Assembly (NCBI GenBank): GCA_037441385.1
Contig: JBBISH010000005.1
Location: 32,001-96,000, forward strand
Reading direction: 5' to 3'
Source: Myxococcales bacterium
GTDB lineage: Bacteria; Myxococcota_A; UBA9042
Length of the DNA stretch: 64,000 nucleotides
Every line of letters begins with the position of its first letter. Positions within the stretch are counted from its first letter, which is position 1. This document shows positions 56,301 through 64,000 of this stretch, one piece after another. The notes under the pieces were generated by a model. That model was given only the letters and a program-made list of their open reading frames with translations. It had not been told where the DNA came from and did not search any database. Position numbers and translations under genes: made by a program.

Positions 56301-56967
56301 CATCAATGCCAGCGTAAAACAGAACGAAGTCAAGACGGTGTACGTGCCGGCCAACTTCATCAAGTGGGAACTGAGCGCGCGCTCGTACGTGCCGCTGGGC
56401 GACTCGATGGTGCTCGCGATCCTGCTGCACGGCGGCGCGGGCCGATCGCTGGGTGCGACCACCGGGCAAACCCTGCCGCAATTCGCGCGCTTCCGCCTGG
56501 GCGGCCAGTACTCGCAGTCGCTGCTGCGCGGTTACGCGGACTTTGGGGTGCGCCAATACGACTCGAGCGGTTGCACGTTGGTGCAGGATCAGTCCGGCAA
56601 GACCAAGGCTTGCAACGCGCCGTTGGCGGCGGGCGACAAGGTCTTGGGCGACGGCGACGTGGTAGCCAACGGCTCGGCTGAACTGCGGTTCCCCATCATG
56701 GCCGCGCTGGGCCTGTGGGGTGCAACATTCTGGGATTTTGGCGGAATTTCGGAGACGTGGAGCGGCCTGCATTCGGCCTCGCTCCGCCACGGACTGGGCG
56801 TGGGCGTGCGCTGGATGCTGTCTGGGCAGATTCCAGTGCGCCTGGACTACGCGATTGCTCTTGGGGCCTCGCGCTGCCGCGACATCAAAAGCGATGTGGC
56901 CGGCAGCATTTCGTGCACCACCGACGAATTTGGTCAGTTCAACTTTGGCCTTCTGTACGCGTTCTGA
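53362..56967 (+). CDS. BamA/TamA (Omp85) family outer membrane protein with POTRA domains
   Basis: POTRA-like repeats (YRRNGF, YRNNGF, GNFITDRAVILRD, LRNLGLFSQV), LRGY motif, ELRFP, PVRLDY, C-terminal Phe. Confidence 0.85.
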   Translation: MQYPDLSLRVTPSPWRRALLWVWATLALLRVSSASADDALLPTAATAVAAPAEATAATLPGGLVGARLLFGDSGVNASDKVCLGLTIAEVRLDGCAATPCEPPDVHAEVLRLLDLAPGRGLQPGQLQKAYERLLRLGYVKSASVQCRRDPDGRSTIRWKVVGSTLVRGIDIVGNSAMFQDEVRAKLQIQTGDVLNLDTVDGKKQLEAQKEAIESLYRRNGFLDAKVRLRTVPAGPGLLRIVVDIDEGERKRITQTHIQLQDSPLPTEVEERHGLLCPRIGERALRQAADTSTMEVFSQREANRIRSRVRTYLRKLGYGNPRVDVLHDPLDQAVRIDVRPGKCALVQIWLRDDAGGGKAGFVLSEDQSLYDALPFGDSGQFDFEEGERGRLDLLALLENRGYLFADVRLDFRPVPARLSAQVTAAVSYYVTTGYVSQVRGIFFHAQDRPRNPLISDDKLRSVLTSKAYDFFDAGGYLQADQLLADLDALRQYYLDNGFFQFHYAVTLPEGVTPSNLNRRQRVEHMNESEFIYRYENKGFRVRRPVGENFIYIDIDYHEGERTRLRTLAIEGANQVTSNDLRRLMTMRQGDVVSYSVLDEAMRAVEQRYRNNGFFRTQIKALCASVEPNRDEAVCAPSTMLARFVDVRLVIEEGERVDFGESFVVGNFITDRAVILRDMPPYGGPYSAAAVFETQRKLRNLGLFSQVSVSSIGDEEKPPRDHLATLVNVVEGQNRYWEASLGFQTINTARSPYEQETVQTLKDFIDRTTTASDRLTTGFGIAQNLTLPNLLATGEAAYVNRNFLRSGKLLKLSAKLGAAVPPDYAGVPYEGTAECKTLLAKAKTCAPWYQASGSSARQTPPWYSDTLRYAAILPTYQDSRLLGSEFGLRVVLPYLIHDYAIGPIDVDKAGALLEVTRRFGKLAASIATDAGYIRTRLPEARNLDFAESPEPQLSLIPSFSFAGKVVTGFPRRGFSLAFSLPYINASVKQNEVKTVYVPANFIKWELSARSYVPLGDSMVLAILLHGGAGRSLGATTGQTLPQFARFRLGGQYSQSLLRGYADFGVRQYDSSGCTLVQDQSGKTKACNAPLAAGDKVLGDGDVVANGSAELRFPIMAALGLWGATFWDFGGISETWSGLHSASLRHGLGVGVRWMLSGQIPVRLDYAIALGASRCRDIKSDVAGSISCTTDEFGQFNFGLLYAF

Positions 56968-57083
56968 CGCGACCCTGACGGCGTGGCCAACCGGTGGCAG
57001 AAGCCGCCGCGCCCAGCTTGACCGTCTGCCGCCTCGGGCGTACCGTCGCTGTGTCGCCCACTACTTGCCTGTTGCCGGAGCGC

Positions 57084-57878
57084 ATGCCGTCGCGACTTTC
57101 CAGTTACCACCGCCCACAGTCGCCTGAACATGCTGTGGAATTGCTTGCCAACCTTGCCGGATCGGCTGTGATCGGCGGGGCGACGCTGGCCCTGGGCCGG
57201 CTTTGGGGCGAGCGGCCGCAGCATGTGATCGACTTGTGCGACGCCGGTTTGGACCGTATTTGCTGGCAGGGCCATCGCCTGCGCATCGGTGCCACCGCGA
57301 ACATGGCGCAAATCCGCGCCCATCCCGACCTGCTGGCACCGGGATTTGCGGCGATCGCCGACATGGCGAGCCATTTCCAGCCGGCCCCCATCGCCGCGCA
57401 GGCCACCTTGGGCGGCAACCTGTGCACCGGCGTGGGTTCGCTGGTTGCGCCGCTGCTGCTGTACGAGGCCCAAGCGGTGCTGCTGGGGCCCGAGGGCGAG
57501 CGCCACGCGCCGATTGCGCCCCTTAGGTTGCATCCCGGCGAAATTATTCTAGGCGTCGACGTGGACCCCACCTCGCCGCTCTCGCGTTCGGGCAGCCTTA
57601 CCTTGCGGCGCACCCCCGTCGGGCCGGCGCAAGTCGTGCTGTCTGCGCTGCGCGACGGCGAATTGCTGCGCCTGGCCGTGGCGGGTCTGGAAGTGCCCGC
57701 GCGGCGGCTGCGCGATTTAGAGGGGCGCTGGGATCGCCAGTCCGTCGCCGAGTGGGCCTTGAAAATCGCCCATGCCGTGCGGCCGATCGACGACGCCCGC
57801 GGCTCGGCCGAATACAGGCGGGCGATGGTGGGTGTATTGGCTGGGCGGTTGCTGACCGGCCTGGGCGAGGTGCATTGA
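57084..57878 (+). CDS. Molybdo-hydroxylase (xanthine dehydrogenase family) FAD-binding subunit
   Basis: YHRPQS, IGATA, ATLGGNL and DDARGSAEYR motifs. Confidence 0.8.
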   Translation: MPSRLSSYHRPQSPEHAVELLANLAGSAVIGGATLALGRLWGERPQHVIDLCDAGLDRICWQGHRLRIGATANMAQIRAHPDLLAPGFAAIADMASHFQPAPIAAQATLGGNLCTGVGSLVAPLLLYEAQAVLLGPEGERHAPIAPLRLHPGEIILGVDVDPTSPLSRSGSLTLRRTPVGPAQVVLSALRDGELLRLAVAGLEVPARRLRDLEGRWDRQSVAEWALKIAHAVRPIDDARGSAEYRRAMVGVLAGRLLTGLGEVH

Positions 57879-58336
57879 TGCACTGGTACGCGACCGTGGA
57901 TGGGCACCGGCGCGAGTGCGAGCTGCCCGGCAACGCTACGCTGGCTGAAGCTCTGCGGGGCGGCGTGCAGGCCACCTCCGTCAAAGTCGCTTGTGGCGAG
58001 GGGACTTGCGGTGCCTGCAGTGTCTTGGTGCGCGGCGAGCGTGTGCACGGCTGCGTCTACCCGGCGTTTCGCGCTTTGGGCCAAGACGTTCAGACGGCGG
58101 CCACTTTTGCCGATGGGCCGGTGGCGCGCGCACTGGCCGAAGCCGGCGGGATTCAATGCGGTTTTTGCACGCCCGGCATGGTCGTCACCGTGCACAGCCT
58201 GGCCAAGGACGTGCCAGCCACAGAGGCCGATTTGCGCGCCGCTCTGGGCGGCAATTTGTGTCGCTGTACCGGCTATTCCGCCTTGGTCAAGGGCGCCGTC
58301 GCCGGCTTGCAGCGTTTGCGGGCGGGTGAGCCGTGA
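57878..58336 (+). CDS. Molybdo-hydroxylase (2Fe-2S) subunit
   Basis: CGEGTCGAC, QCGFCTPG and GNLCRCTGY motifs; TGATG overlap with the upstream gene. Confidence 0.92.
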   Translation: MHWYATVDGHRRECELPGNATLAEALRGGVQATSVKVACGEGTCGACSVLVRGERVHGCVYPAFRALGQDVQTAATFADGPVARALAEAGGIQCGFCTPGMVVTVHSLAKDVPATEADLRAALGGNLCRCTGYSALVKGAVAGLQRLRAGEP

Positions 58337-60462
58337 ACGGAATGCCGCTCCTCGACGCCGCCGACAAGGCCGCCGGTCGCGTCAAGTATTTGAGTGATCA
58401 GCAGTTTGCTGGCATGTGCCACGCAACGCTGGTGCGCTCGCCCTACGCCCACGCCCTGGTCCAAGCCATCGACGCAAGCGCGGCCTTGGCCATGTCCGGC
58501 GTGTTGGCGGTGCTTGGGCCCGACGACTGCCCGCCCCACGACCTGCCCGGCGAGGCGTTCTACGGCCGCAACCTGATGACGCGCCCGCTGCTTTGGCGCG
58601 AACCGGCGTGGGTCGGCTGCCCAGTTGCCGTTGTCGTGGCCGAATCCGCCGAGCGGGCGCGGGTCGCGGCGCGCCAAGTCCACGTGCGCTACCAGGTGTT
58701 GCCGCACGTCCTGGACTTGGAAGAGGCTCTGGCCAAGCGCGCCGTGCCCGCCCATCTGGGGCGCAGCAATTTGGCGCTGCCGTTTGGCGCCATCACCTAC
58801 GAATCGGGCGATCTGGCGGGTATTTTCGCCAGCGCACGCCATGTGGTCGAGACGGTGTACCATACCAGCACCGTACAGGCCGCCGCGATGGAGCCCTACG
58901 TCTGCGTGGTAGAGCCCGGCCCCGACGGCGGGCTGGTGGTGCACAAGGGCACGCCCTCGCCCTACGAACTGCGCCACCAGATGGCCCACTGGTTGGGGTT
59001 GCGGTCCGACCAAGTGCGCGTGGTGGTGCCGGCGCAGATTGGCGGCGGATTCGGCAGCCGGATGGACGACTTGGAGTACGTGGCAGCGCTGTGTTGCCGG
59101 GTGGTGCAGCGGCCGGTGCGCGTGGAGCTCGAGCGCGCCGAAGGGTTGGTGGCGGGGCGTGTCCGTCATGGTGCGCGCATCCGGGTCCGATCCGCGCTGG
59201 ACGACGACGGCAACCTGCTGGCCCGCGAGATCGACGCGGACTACAACGCGGGTGCCCACCTGGACTTGGGACCCTACGTAGTGTTGCGGGCGCTGCGGCC
59301 GTTGGCCCTCTACAGGTGTCAAGCCGTGCGCTTTGCCGGTCGGCTGGTGATGACCAATGCCCCGGTGGCGTCAGCGACTCGCGGGTTTGGCAATCCGCAG
59401 GCCACCTTTGCCGTTGAGTCGCACAACGACGAACTGTGTCGACGCTTTGGACTGGACCCCATCGACTGGCGGCGCCGTCACCTGCTCCGCAGCGGCGATC
59501 CCAACCTATCCGTGGGCGTGGTCGACACGGCCACGGGCAAGTTCATCGCCAAAGGTGCGACCATCTCATCGTGCGCACTTGACGAATGCCTCGCGGCGAT
59601 TCGGCCCATTTGGGACGCCCCCGCCGGGACGCCGCCGCCAGGTTGGGCCCGCGGCAAGGGCGTGGCTGTGGCCATGCACACCACTGGCAAGGGGCGCAAC
59701 GAAGTTAGCAACGCCAAAGTGATTTTGCGTGCAGACGGGGGTGTGGAGGTGCACAGCGGCGCTCCGGACCAAGGCGGCACCGGCGTGGCCACCACCTTGG
59801 CCGTGATTGCCGGCGAAGTGCTGGGCGTGCGGCCGCAACAGGTGCGGGTAGTCCTGGCCGATACCGCCGAAGAATTGGCCGATTCGGGCGCCCACGCCTC
59901 GGGCCGCACCTACATCGCTGGCGAGACCGTGCGTCAGGCCGCCGAGAGCGCAAGAAAGCTGCGCGATCAGGGCTCTCCACTGCCCATCCAGGCCGCTGCG
60001 ACGTGGTCGCCGCAGACCAACGCCCCGCCGTTTGCCGCTTGCGTCGCGGTGGTCGACGTGGACCCACAGACCGGTCAGACCAAGGTTGTGCGCCTGGTGC
60101 AGGCCGTCGACATTGGCCGCGTCCTCAATCCCTTGATGGCCGCAGGACAAATCCAAGGCGCGACCGCCCAGGGCCTCGGCTTCGCCTTGACCGAGCGCCT
60201 GGACTTCTCGCCCGAAGGCAAGCTGCTGACCCGCGGTCTGTTGGACTACGGCGTGCCGCGTAGCGCCGATCTTCCTGAACTAGAAGTAATTTTCTGTGGA
60301 TCGCCCGAGCCCAGCGTCCCCCTGGGGGTCAAGGGTGCCGGCGAAATCGGCCTGATGGCCGTCGCGCCCGCCGTTGCCAACGCCATCGCCGACGCCACCG
60401 GCGCCCGCGTCCGCCGTCTTCCCATGGACGGCGAGACCGTCTGGCACGCCGTGCTGGGCTGA
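58333..60462 (+). CDS. Molybdo-hydroxylase molybdopterin-binding large subunit
   Basis: RSPYAHA, IGGGFGS, RGFGNPQ, GQIQGATAQGLG and KGAGEIG motifs. Confidence 0.92.
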   Translation: MNGMPLLDAADKAAGRVKYLSDQQFAGMCHATLVRSPYAHALVQAIDASAALAMSGVLAVLGPDDCPPHDLPGEAFYGRNLMTRPLLWREPAWVGCPVAVVVAESAERARVAARQVHVRYQVLPHVLDLEEALAKRAVPAHLGRSNLALPFGAITYESGDLAGIFASARHVVETVYHTSTVQAAAMEPYVCVVEPGPDGGLVVHKGTPSPYELRHQMAHWLGLRSDQVRVVVPAQIGGGFGSRMDDLEYVAALCCRVVQRPVRVELERAEGLVAGRVRHGARIRVRSALDDDGNLLAREIDADYNAGAHLDLGPYVVLRALRPLALYRCQAVRFAGRLVMTNAPVASATRGFGNPQATFAVESHNDELCRRFGLDPIDWRRRHLLRSGDPNLSVGVVDTATGKFIAKGATISSCALDECLAAIRPIWDAPAGTPPPGWARGKGVAVAMHTTGKGRNEVSNAKVILRADGGVEVHSGAPDQGGTGVATTLAVIAGEVLGVRPQQVRVVLADTAEELADSGAHASGRTYIAGETVRQAAESARKLRDQGSPLPIQAAATWSPQTNAPPFAACVAVVDVDPQTGQTKVVRLVQAVDIGRVLNPLMAAGQIQGATAQGLGFALTERLDFSPEGKLLTRGLLDYGVPRSADLPELEVIFCGSPEPSVPLGVKGAGEIGLMAVAPAVANAIADATGARVRRLPMDGETVWHAVLG

Positions 60463-60517
60463 TTGCGACTTACGCACTCTCCTGTCGAAGAAAGCCGTCT
60501 GATGTCGGGTGGTTGGT

Positions 60518-60572
60518 CCTCACCCCGCCGCCTTTGGCGGCCGCCCCTCTCCCAACGCATTGGGCGAGGGGC
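60518..60572 (+). repeat. Compound REP-like palindrome (left copy)
   Basis: CCTCACCCC, then hairpin GCCGCC-TTT-GGCGGC, then stem GCCCCTCTCCCAA-CGCA-TTGGGCGAGGGGC. Confidence 0.75.
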
Positions 60573-60788
60573 AGCGTATTTCGAATATATATCAGGCGAT
60601 TACACGGGGTGCGCGATCGCGAATACTCTGGAGGGGCATCCTGCCTGCCAGACGAGCAAGACGCACGAAGGCAGCAATGCCGGGCCAAGCGGCTCCCTGG
60701 CCAGAAAGCTCGCCAATGGGGCGCGTATCGGCTGTCGCCGGGCCTTTGACCCAAGCACGCGATATTCGCTTGCTTCTCTCAGGGTAGG

Positions 60789-61334
60789 TTACCGGACTTG
60801 GCAGTCGCTCAACTGGATATTCATCATCTTGCCCTTGACGTATCCAGACACGACGACACGCTGGCCCGGCTGCAGCGCTCCCGCCGCAGCTTCGTTGCCG
60901 CGGGCAAACGTGCACTGGACAACAGGGATTTCGAACGCCTCTCCAGTTCCGACTGTCACGTACGCACTGTCGACGATGTCCTTGCCGATCTTGTCCACGA
61001 CCCCGGCGACCGAAATGACCTTGTCCTTGAACCGAGCGTCTGCACTGACTTCGTTGCCCTTGTAGGCGGTCAGGAGCTCGCGTATTCCGACCTCGACGGC
61101 AGGTTGCGCGGGCGCTCGTGCAGCTGCCGCACTCAAGCTCGTGCCAGCCGATGTGCTGCTCGCTCCCTTGCCGCCCAGAGCCGAGAGCACCATGCCGAAA
61201 AGGAGCAGGCCACCGCAACCGATGCCGAACTTCTTTCCGTTAGAAAGCTTTAGAGCCTTGCCGCACTTGGGGCAAGACGCAGCAGAACTGGAAACCTCTC
61301 CGCCGCACTCCGGACACTGCTTCAACGCCATCAT
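60789..61334 (-). CDS. Zinc-ribbon plus TM plus OB-fold (tRNA_anti-like) protein
   Basis: CPECG..CPKCG; TM IGCGGLLLFGMVLSALG; ELLTAYKGNEVSADARFKDKVISVAGVV..LQPGQRVVVSG..LSDC. Confidence 0.8.
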   Translation of the reverse strand: MMALKQCPECGGEVSSSAASCPKCGKALKLSNGKKFGIGCGGLLLFGMVLSALGGKGASSTSAGTSLSAAAARAPAQPAVEVGIRELLTAYKGNEVSADARFKDKVISVAGVVDKIGKDIVDSAYVTVGTGEAFEIPVVQCTFARGNEAAAGALQPGQRVVVSGYVKGKMMNIQLSDCQVR

Positions 61335-61356
61335 CGCCTCCGCAACAAACCAGCAT

Positions 61357-61373
61357 GTTCGTCCTGGACGAAC
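61357..61373. promoter_or_regulatory. Perfect palindrome (candidate XRE operator)
   Basis: GTTCGTCC-T-GGACGAAC between two divergent genes. Confidence 0.5.
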
Positions 61374-61406
61374 TAGTGTATGCGAGGACCCGGCTAATGT
61401 CCACGT

Positions 61407-61727
61407 ATGCCGCGTCGCTCCGAGCCCAATGCACTCGCTTTGCAAGTAGGCATGAGGATAAGGGAATTGCGCATGGAAGCCGGTCTCACGCTCGAACAAC
61501 TGGCGTATACGAGTGAGATGGGCTCGAAGGGGTACCTGTCGGATATTGAACGGGGACTGGCGATGCCGTCGATCTTTACGCTGCAATCGCTGGCAGAGCG
61601 ACTGAACGTGCAGCTCTTCGATTTGCTAGTGGCTCCCGGCACCGACGCCAGGTCAGCGCTGACGGACAAGTTGCGTCACATGAGCGACGATCGGCTGCAA
61701 CAAGTGGCAAGAAGTTTGAAGGATTAG
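61407..61727 (+). CDS. XRE family HTH transcriptional regulator
   Basis: VGMRIRELRMEAGLTLEQLA..KGYLSDIERG..PSIFTLQSLAERLNV pattern. Confidence 0.9.
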   Translation: MPRRSEPNALALQVGMRIRELRMEAGLTLEQLAYTSEMGSKGYLSDIERGLAMPSIFTLQSLAERLNVQLFDLLVAPGTDARSALTDKLRHMSDDRLQQVARSLKD

Positions 61728-61833
61728 GATCCGGCAATACCCCAATGCGTACACGAAGCCCAATTTGGGGCGCATGACCAGCACGGCCGCCTTGAGAAGC
61801 TTGAACCCCTGTCGGCGCAGCCCGACAGCAAAA

Positions 61834-61890
61834 GCCCCTCTCTCCAGCGCGTTGGAGAGAGGGGCAGACGCATTGCGTCGGGGTGTGAGG
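61834..61890 (-). repeat. Compound REP-like palindrome (right copy, inverted); may also terminate pntB
   Basis: Minus strand: CCTCACACCCC, hairpin GACGCAATGCGTC, stem GCCCCTCTCTCCA..TGGAGAGAGGGGC, then TTTTG. Confidence 0.75.
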
Positions 61891-61895
61891 CGGCG

Positions 61896-63281
61896 TTACT
61901 TGAGCCCCGCGACGACCTTTTCCATGCCGTCTTTGGCGTCGGCGTAGAACATGCGGGTGTTCTGCTCGTAGAACAGCGGGTTATCCACGCCGGCGTAGCC
62001 CACCGAGCGCGATCGCTTGAGCACCACCACCCGCTTGGACTTCCACACTTCCAGTACCGGCATGCCGTAGATCGGGCTGCTGGTGTCGGTCTGAGCGCCG
62101 GGGTTGACGATGTCGTTGGCGCCGATGACCAAGACCACGTCGGTGCTGGGGAAGTCGGCGTTGATTTCGTCCATTTCCAGAACGATATCATACGGCACGC
62201 TGGCTTCGGCCAGCAGCACATTCATGTGGCCGGGCAGACGGCCGGCAACGGGGTGGATGGCAAAGCGGGTGGTGCAGCCCTGGGCCTTCAGCACGTCGAC
62301 CAGCTGCCGCACCGCGTGCTGGGCGCGCGCCACCGCCATGCCGTAACCCGGCACCACCACAACTTGCTTGGCTTCGCGCAGCTCTTCGACCAGTTCGTCC
62401 AGGTTGGTGGCGATCGGCTCGTTGGCGTACACCACCGCAGGGCCCGCCGCGCCAGGCTTGGGATCTGCGCCAAAGCCGCCGAAAATCACCGACAGCAGCG
62501 AGCGGTTCATCGCCTTGCACATGATGTAGCTGAGGATTGCGCCCGAGGAACCCACCAGCGCGCCGGTGATGATCAGCAGGTTGTTGTCCAGCATGAAGCC
62601 GGCGGCCGACGCCGTCCAGCCCGAGTAGCTGTTGAGCATCGAGACCACGACGGGCATGTCCGCGCCGCCGATGGCCGCGACCAAGTGGATGCCCTGCAGC
62701 CCCGCAAGCACCGACATCGCCACCAGATACATCACGCCGCTCGTGCCCTCAGCCTGGGCGAACGGCACCACCAGCCCCAGGCTGACCAGGAACACCACCG
62801 CATTCAGCATGTGGCGACCGGGCAGGAGCAGCGGCTTGCCCGAGACCGAGCCGCGCAGCTTCAAGAACGCCACGATCGAGCCCGTAAAGGTGATGGCGCC
62901 GATCAGCACGTCGATCCAGATCTCGACGTCGTGGACCAAGTTGCCCTGGCCATTGGGCGGATCCAGGTAAGCGGCATAGCCGACGAGCACCGCGGCCAAG
63001 CCCACAAAACTGTGCAGAATGGCGACCATTTCCGGCATGGCCGTCATCGCCACGCGTTGCGCCATCACGCCGCCGACTACCGCGCCACCGACCAGCGCCG
63101 GCACCAGCAGCCCAAAATTGGCCACCTGGCCCGAAGCGAGCAGCGCGACGATCGCCAGCGCCATGCCGACGATGCCGTAGCCGTTGCCGCGGCGGGCGGT
63201 TTCTTGGTGGCCAAGACCGCGCAGCGAGCTGATGAACAGCACGCCGGCCACCATCCAGGTCAGGGTCAGGAAGGATTCCAC
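61896..63281 (-). CDS. pntB: NAD(P) transhydrogenase subunit beta
   Basis: [45 protein letters not shown] and [18 protein letters not shown] motifs. Confidence 0.97.
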   Translation of the reverse strand: MESFLTLTWMVAGVLFISSLRGLGHQETARRGNGYGIVGMALAIVALLASGQVANFGLLVPALVGGAVVGGVMAQRVAMTAMPEMVAILHSFVGLAAVLVGYAAYLDPPNGQGNLVHDVEIWIDVLIGAITFTGSIVAFLKLRGSVSGKPLLLPGRHMLNAVVFLVSLGLVVPFAQAEGTSGVMYLVAMSVLAGLQGIHLVAAIGGADMPVVVSMLNSYSGWTASAAGFMLDNNLLIITGALVGSSGAILSYIMCKAMNRSLLSVIFGGFGADPKPGAAGPAVVYANEPIATNLDELVEELREAKQVVVVPGYGMAVARAQHAVRQLVDVLKAQGCTTRFAIHPVAGRLPGHMNVLLAEASVPYDIVLEMDEINADFPSTDVVLVIGANDIVNPGAQTDTSSPIYGMPVLEVWKSKRVVVLKRSRSVGYAGVDNPLFYEQNTRMFYADAKDGMEKVVAGLK

Positions 63282-63292
63282 GGTCTACTCCG

Positions 63293-64000
63293 TTACTTGC
63301 GGAACATATTGAGCATGCGCTGCGTCACCAGGAACCCGCCGCCGATGTTGATCGTGGCGAACAACACAGCCAGCAGGGCCAGGATCAGCGCGGGACCATT
63401 GGCCTTGTCGTGCAGGTGCAGCATGCCGCCCACCACGATGACGCCCGAGATGGCGTTGGTCACGGCCATCAGCGGGGTATGCAGCGCGGGCGCCACACTC
63501 CAGATGACCTGGAAGCCCACGAAGCACGACAGCGCGAACACGGTCAGCTGCTGCATGAAGTGCTCGGGGCCCGTGCCGTTGCCCATCTTGGCCGCCACGA
63601 ACATCAGGACCACCGCGGCGATCGACGCCCAGGTCAGGCCCGCTTTGGATGCCGGGCCGGCCGGAGCCGGTGCTGCGCCGTGACCGCCGTGGCTCGACTT
63701 GGCCGGAGCAGCGGCGGGCGCGGGAGCAGGTGCGGGCGCAGGCTTGGCGGCCGGGGCGGGCGGAGCCGGACGGGCCGGCGGCGGCCACGTCACTTCGCCG
63801 TTCTGGGTGACCAGCGCGCCGCGCACCACTTCATCTTCCAGGTTCAGGCCCAAGACGCCGTCTTTTTCGGCCTTGGCGCCGCCGATGTCGCTGAGCAAGT
63901 GGACCAGGTTCTGCGCATACAGTTGGCTGGCCGTGGTGGCAAGCTGGCTGGGCAGATCCGTGGGGCCGACGATGGTCACGCCATGCTCGACCACCACTTC
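63293..64000 (-). CDS. pntA: NAD(P) transhydrogenase subunit alpha (3' part; dI and dII fused)
   Basis: [33 protein letters not shown] and [17 protein letters not shown] motifs. Confidence 0.95.
   Translation of the reverse strand, partial: EVVVEHGVTIVGPTDLPSQLATTASQLYAQNLVHLLSDIGGAKAEKDGVLGLNLEDEVVRGALVTQNGEVTWPPPARPAPPAPAAKPAPAPAPAPAAAPAKSSHGGHGAAPAPAGPASKAGLTWASIAAVVLMFVAAKMGNGTGPEHFMQQLTVFALSCFVGFQVIWSVAPALHTPLMAVTNAISGVIVVGGMLHLHDKANGPALILALLAVLFATINIGGGFLVTQRMLNMFRK

Noticed and set aside
58333..60462. Aerobic CO dehydrogenase CoxL
   Set aside because: The active-site loop is ATRGFG, not the form I AYxCSFR.
60463..61218. ORFs 60463-61065 (+) and 60592-61218 (-)
   Set aside because: They overlap the better-supported OB-fold gene or the REP-like element and carry no recognisable motifs.

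Overview
High-GC chromosomal segment, inferred to be from a Myxococcota/deltaproteobacterium. The inference rests on Cys-rich DUF4215/TSP3/Kazal lipoproteins, DUF4388 and DUF4175 proteins, a split atpIBE cluster, sigma54-type promoters and a Myxococcus-like SOS box. Most of the window is core genes: lexA, tsaB, rseP, lipA, rsmA, tsaD, atpIBE, rnhB, yraN, recA, hutUI, mmsA, glmM, clpB, ychF, a tamB/tamA-like pair, a three-gene molybdo-hydroxylase and pntAB. Several large surface lipoproteins are interspersed. I saw no rRNA, tRNA, CRISPR array or transposase. The most notable observations are: (1) a lipoprotein fusing three Kazal protease-inhibitor domains with different P1 residues to a phage-type S74 self-cleaving trimerisation chaperone, behind a sigma54-like promoter with tandem enhancer-like palindromes; (2) an orphan contractile-injection-system tube gene with a ~170-aa N-terminal extension; (3) a 1.3-kb zinc-ribbon/OB-fold plus XRE islet bracketed by an inverted pair of compound REP-like palindromes; (4) near-identical SOS boxes at lexA and recA, each followed by an in-frame tandem repeat; (5) an ate/bpt N-degron transferase abutting an N-terminal-Cys SRAP gene; (6) an orphan PqqD/RRE gene upstream of a giant Ig-repeat lipoprotein. 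All family calls come from motif recognition by eye, and no database searches were run.
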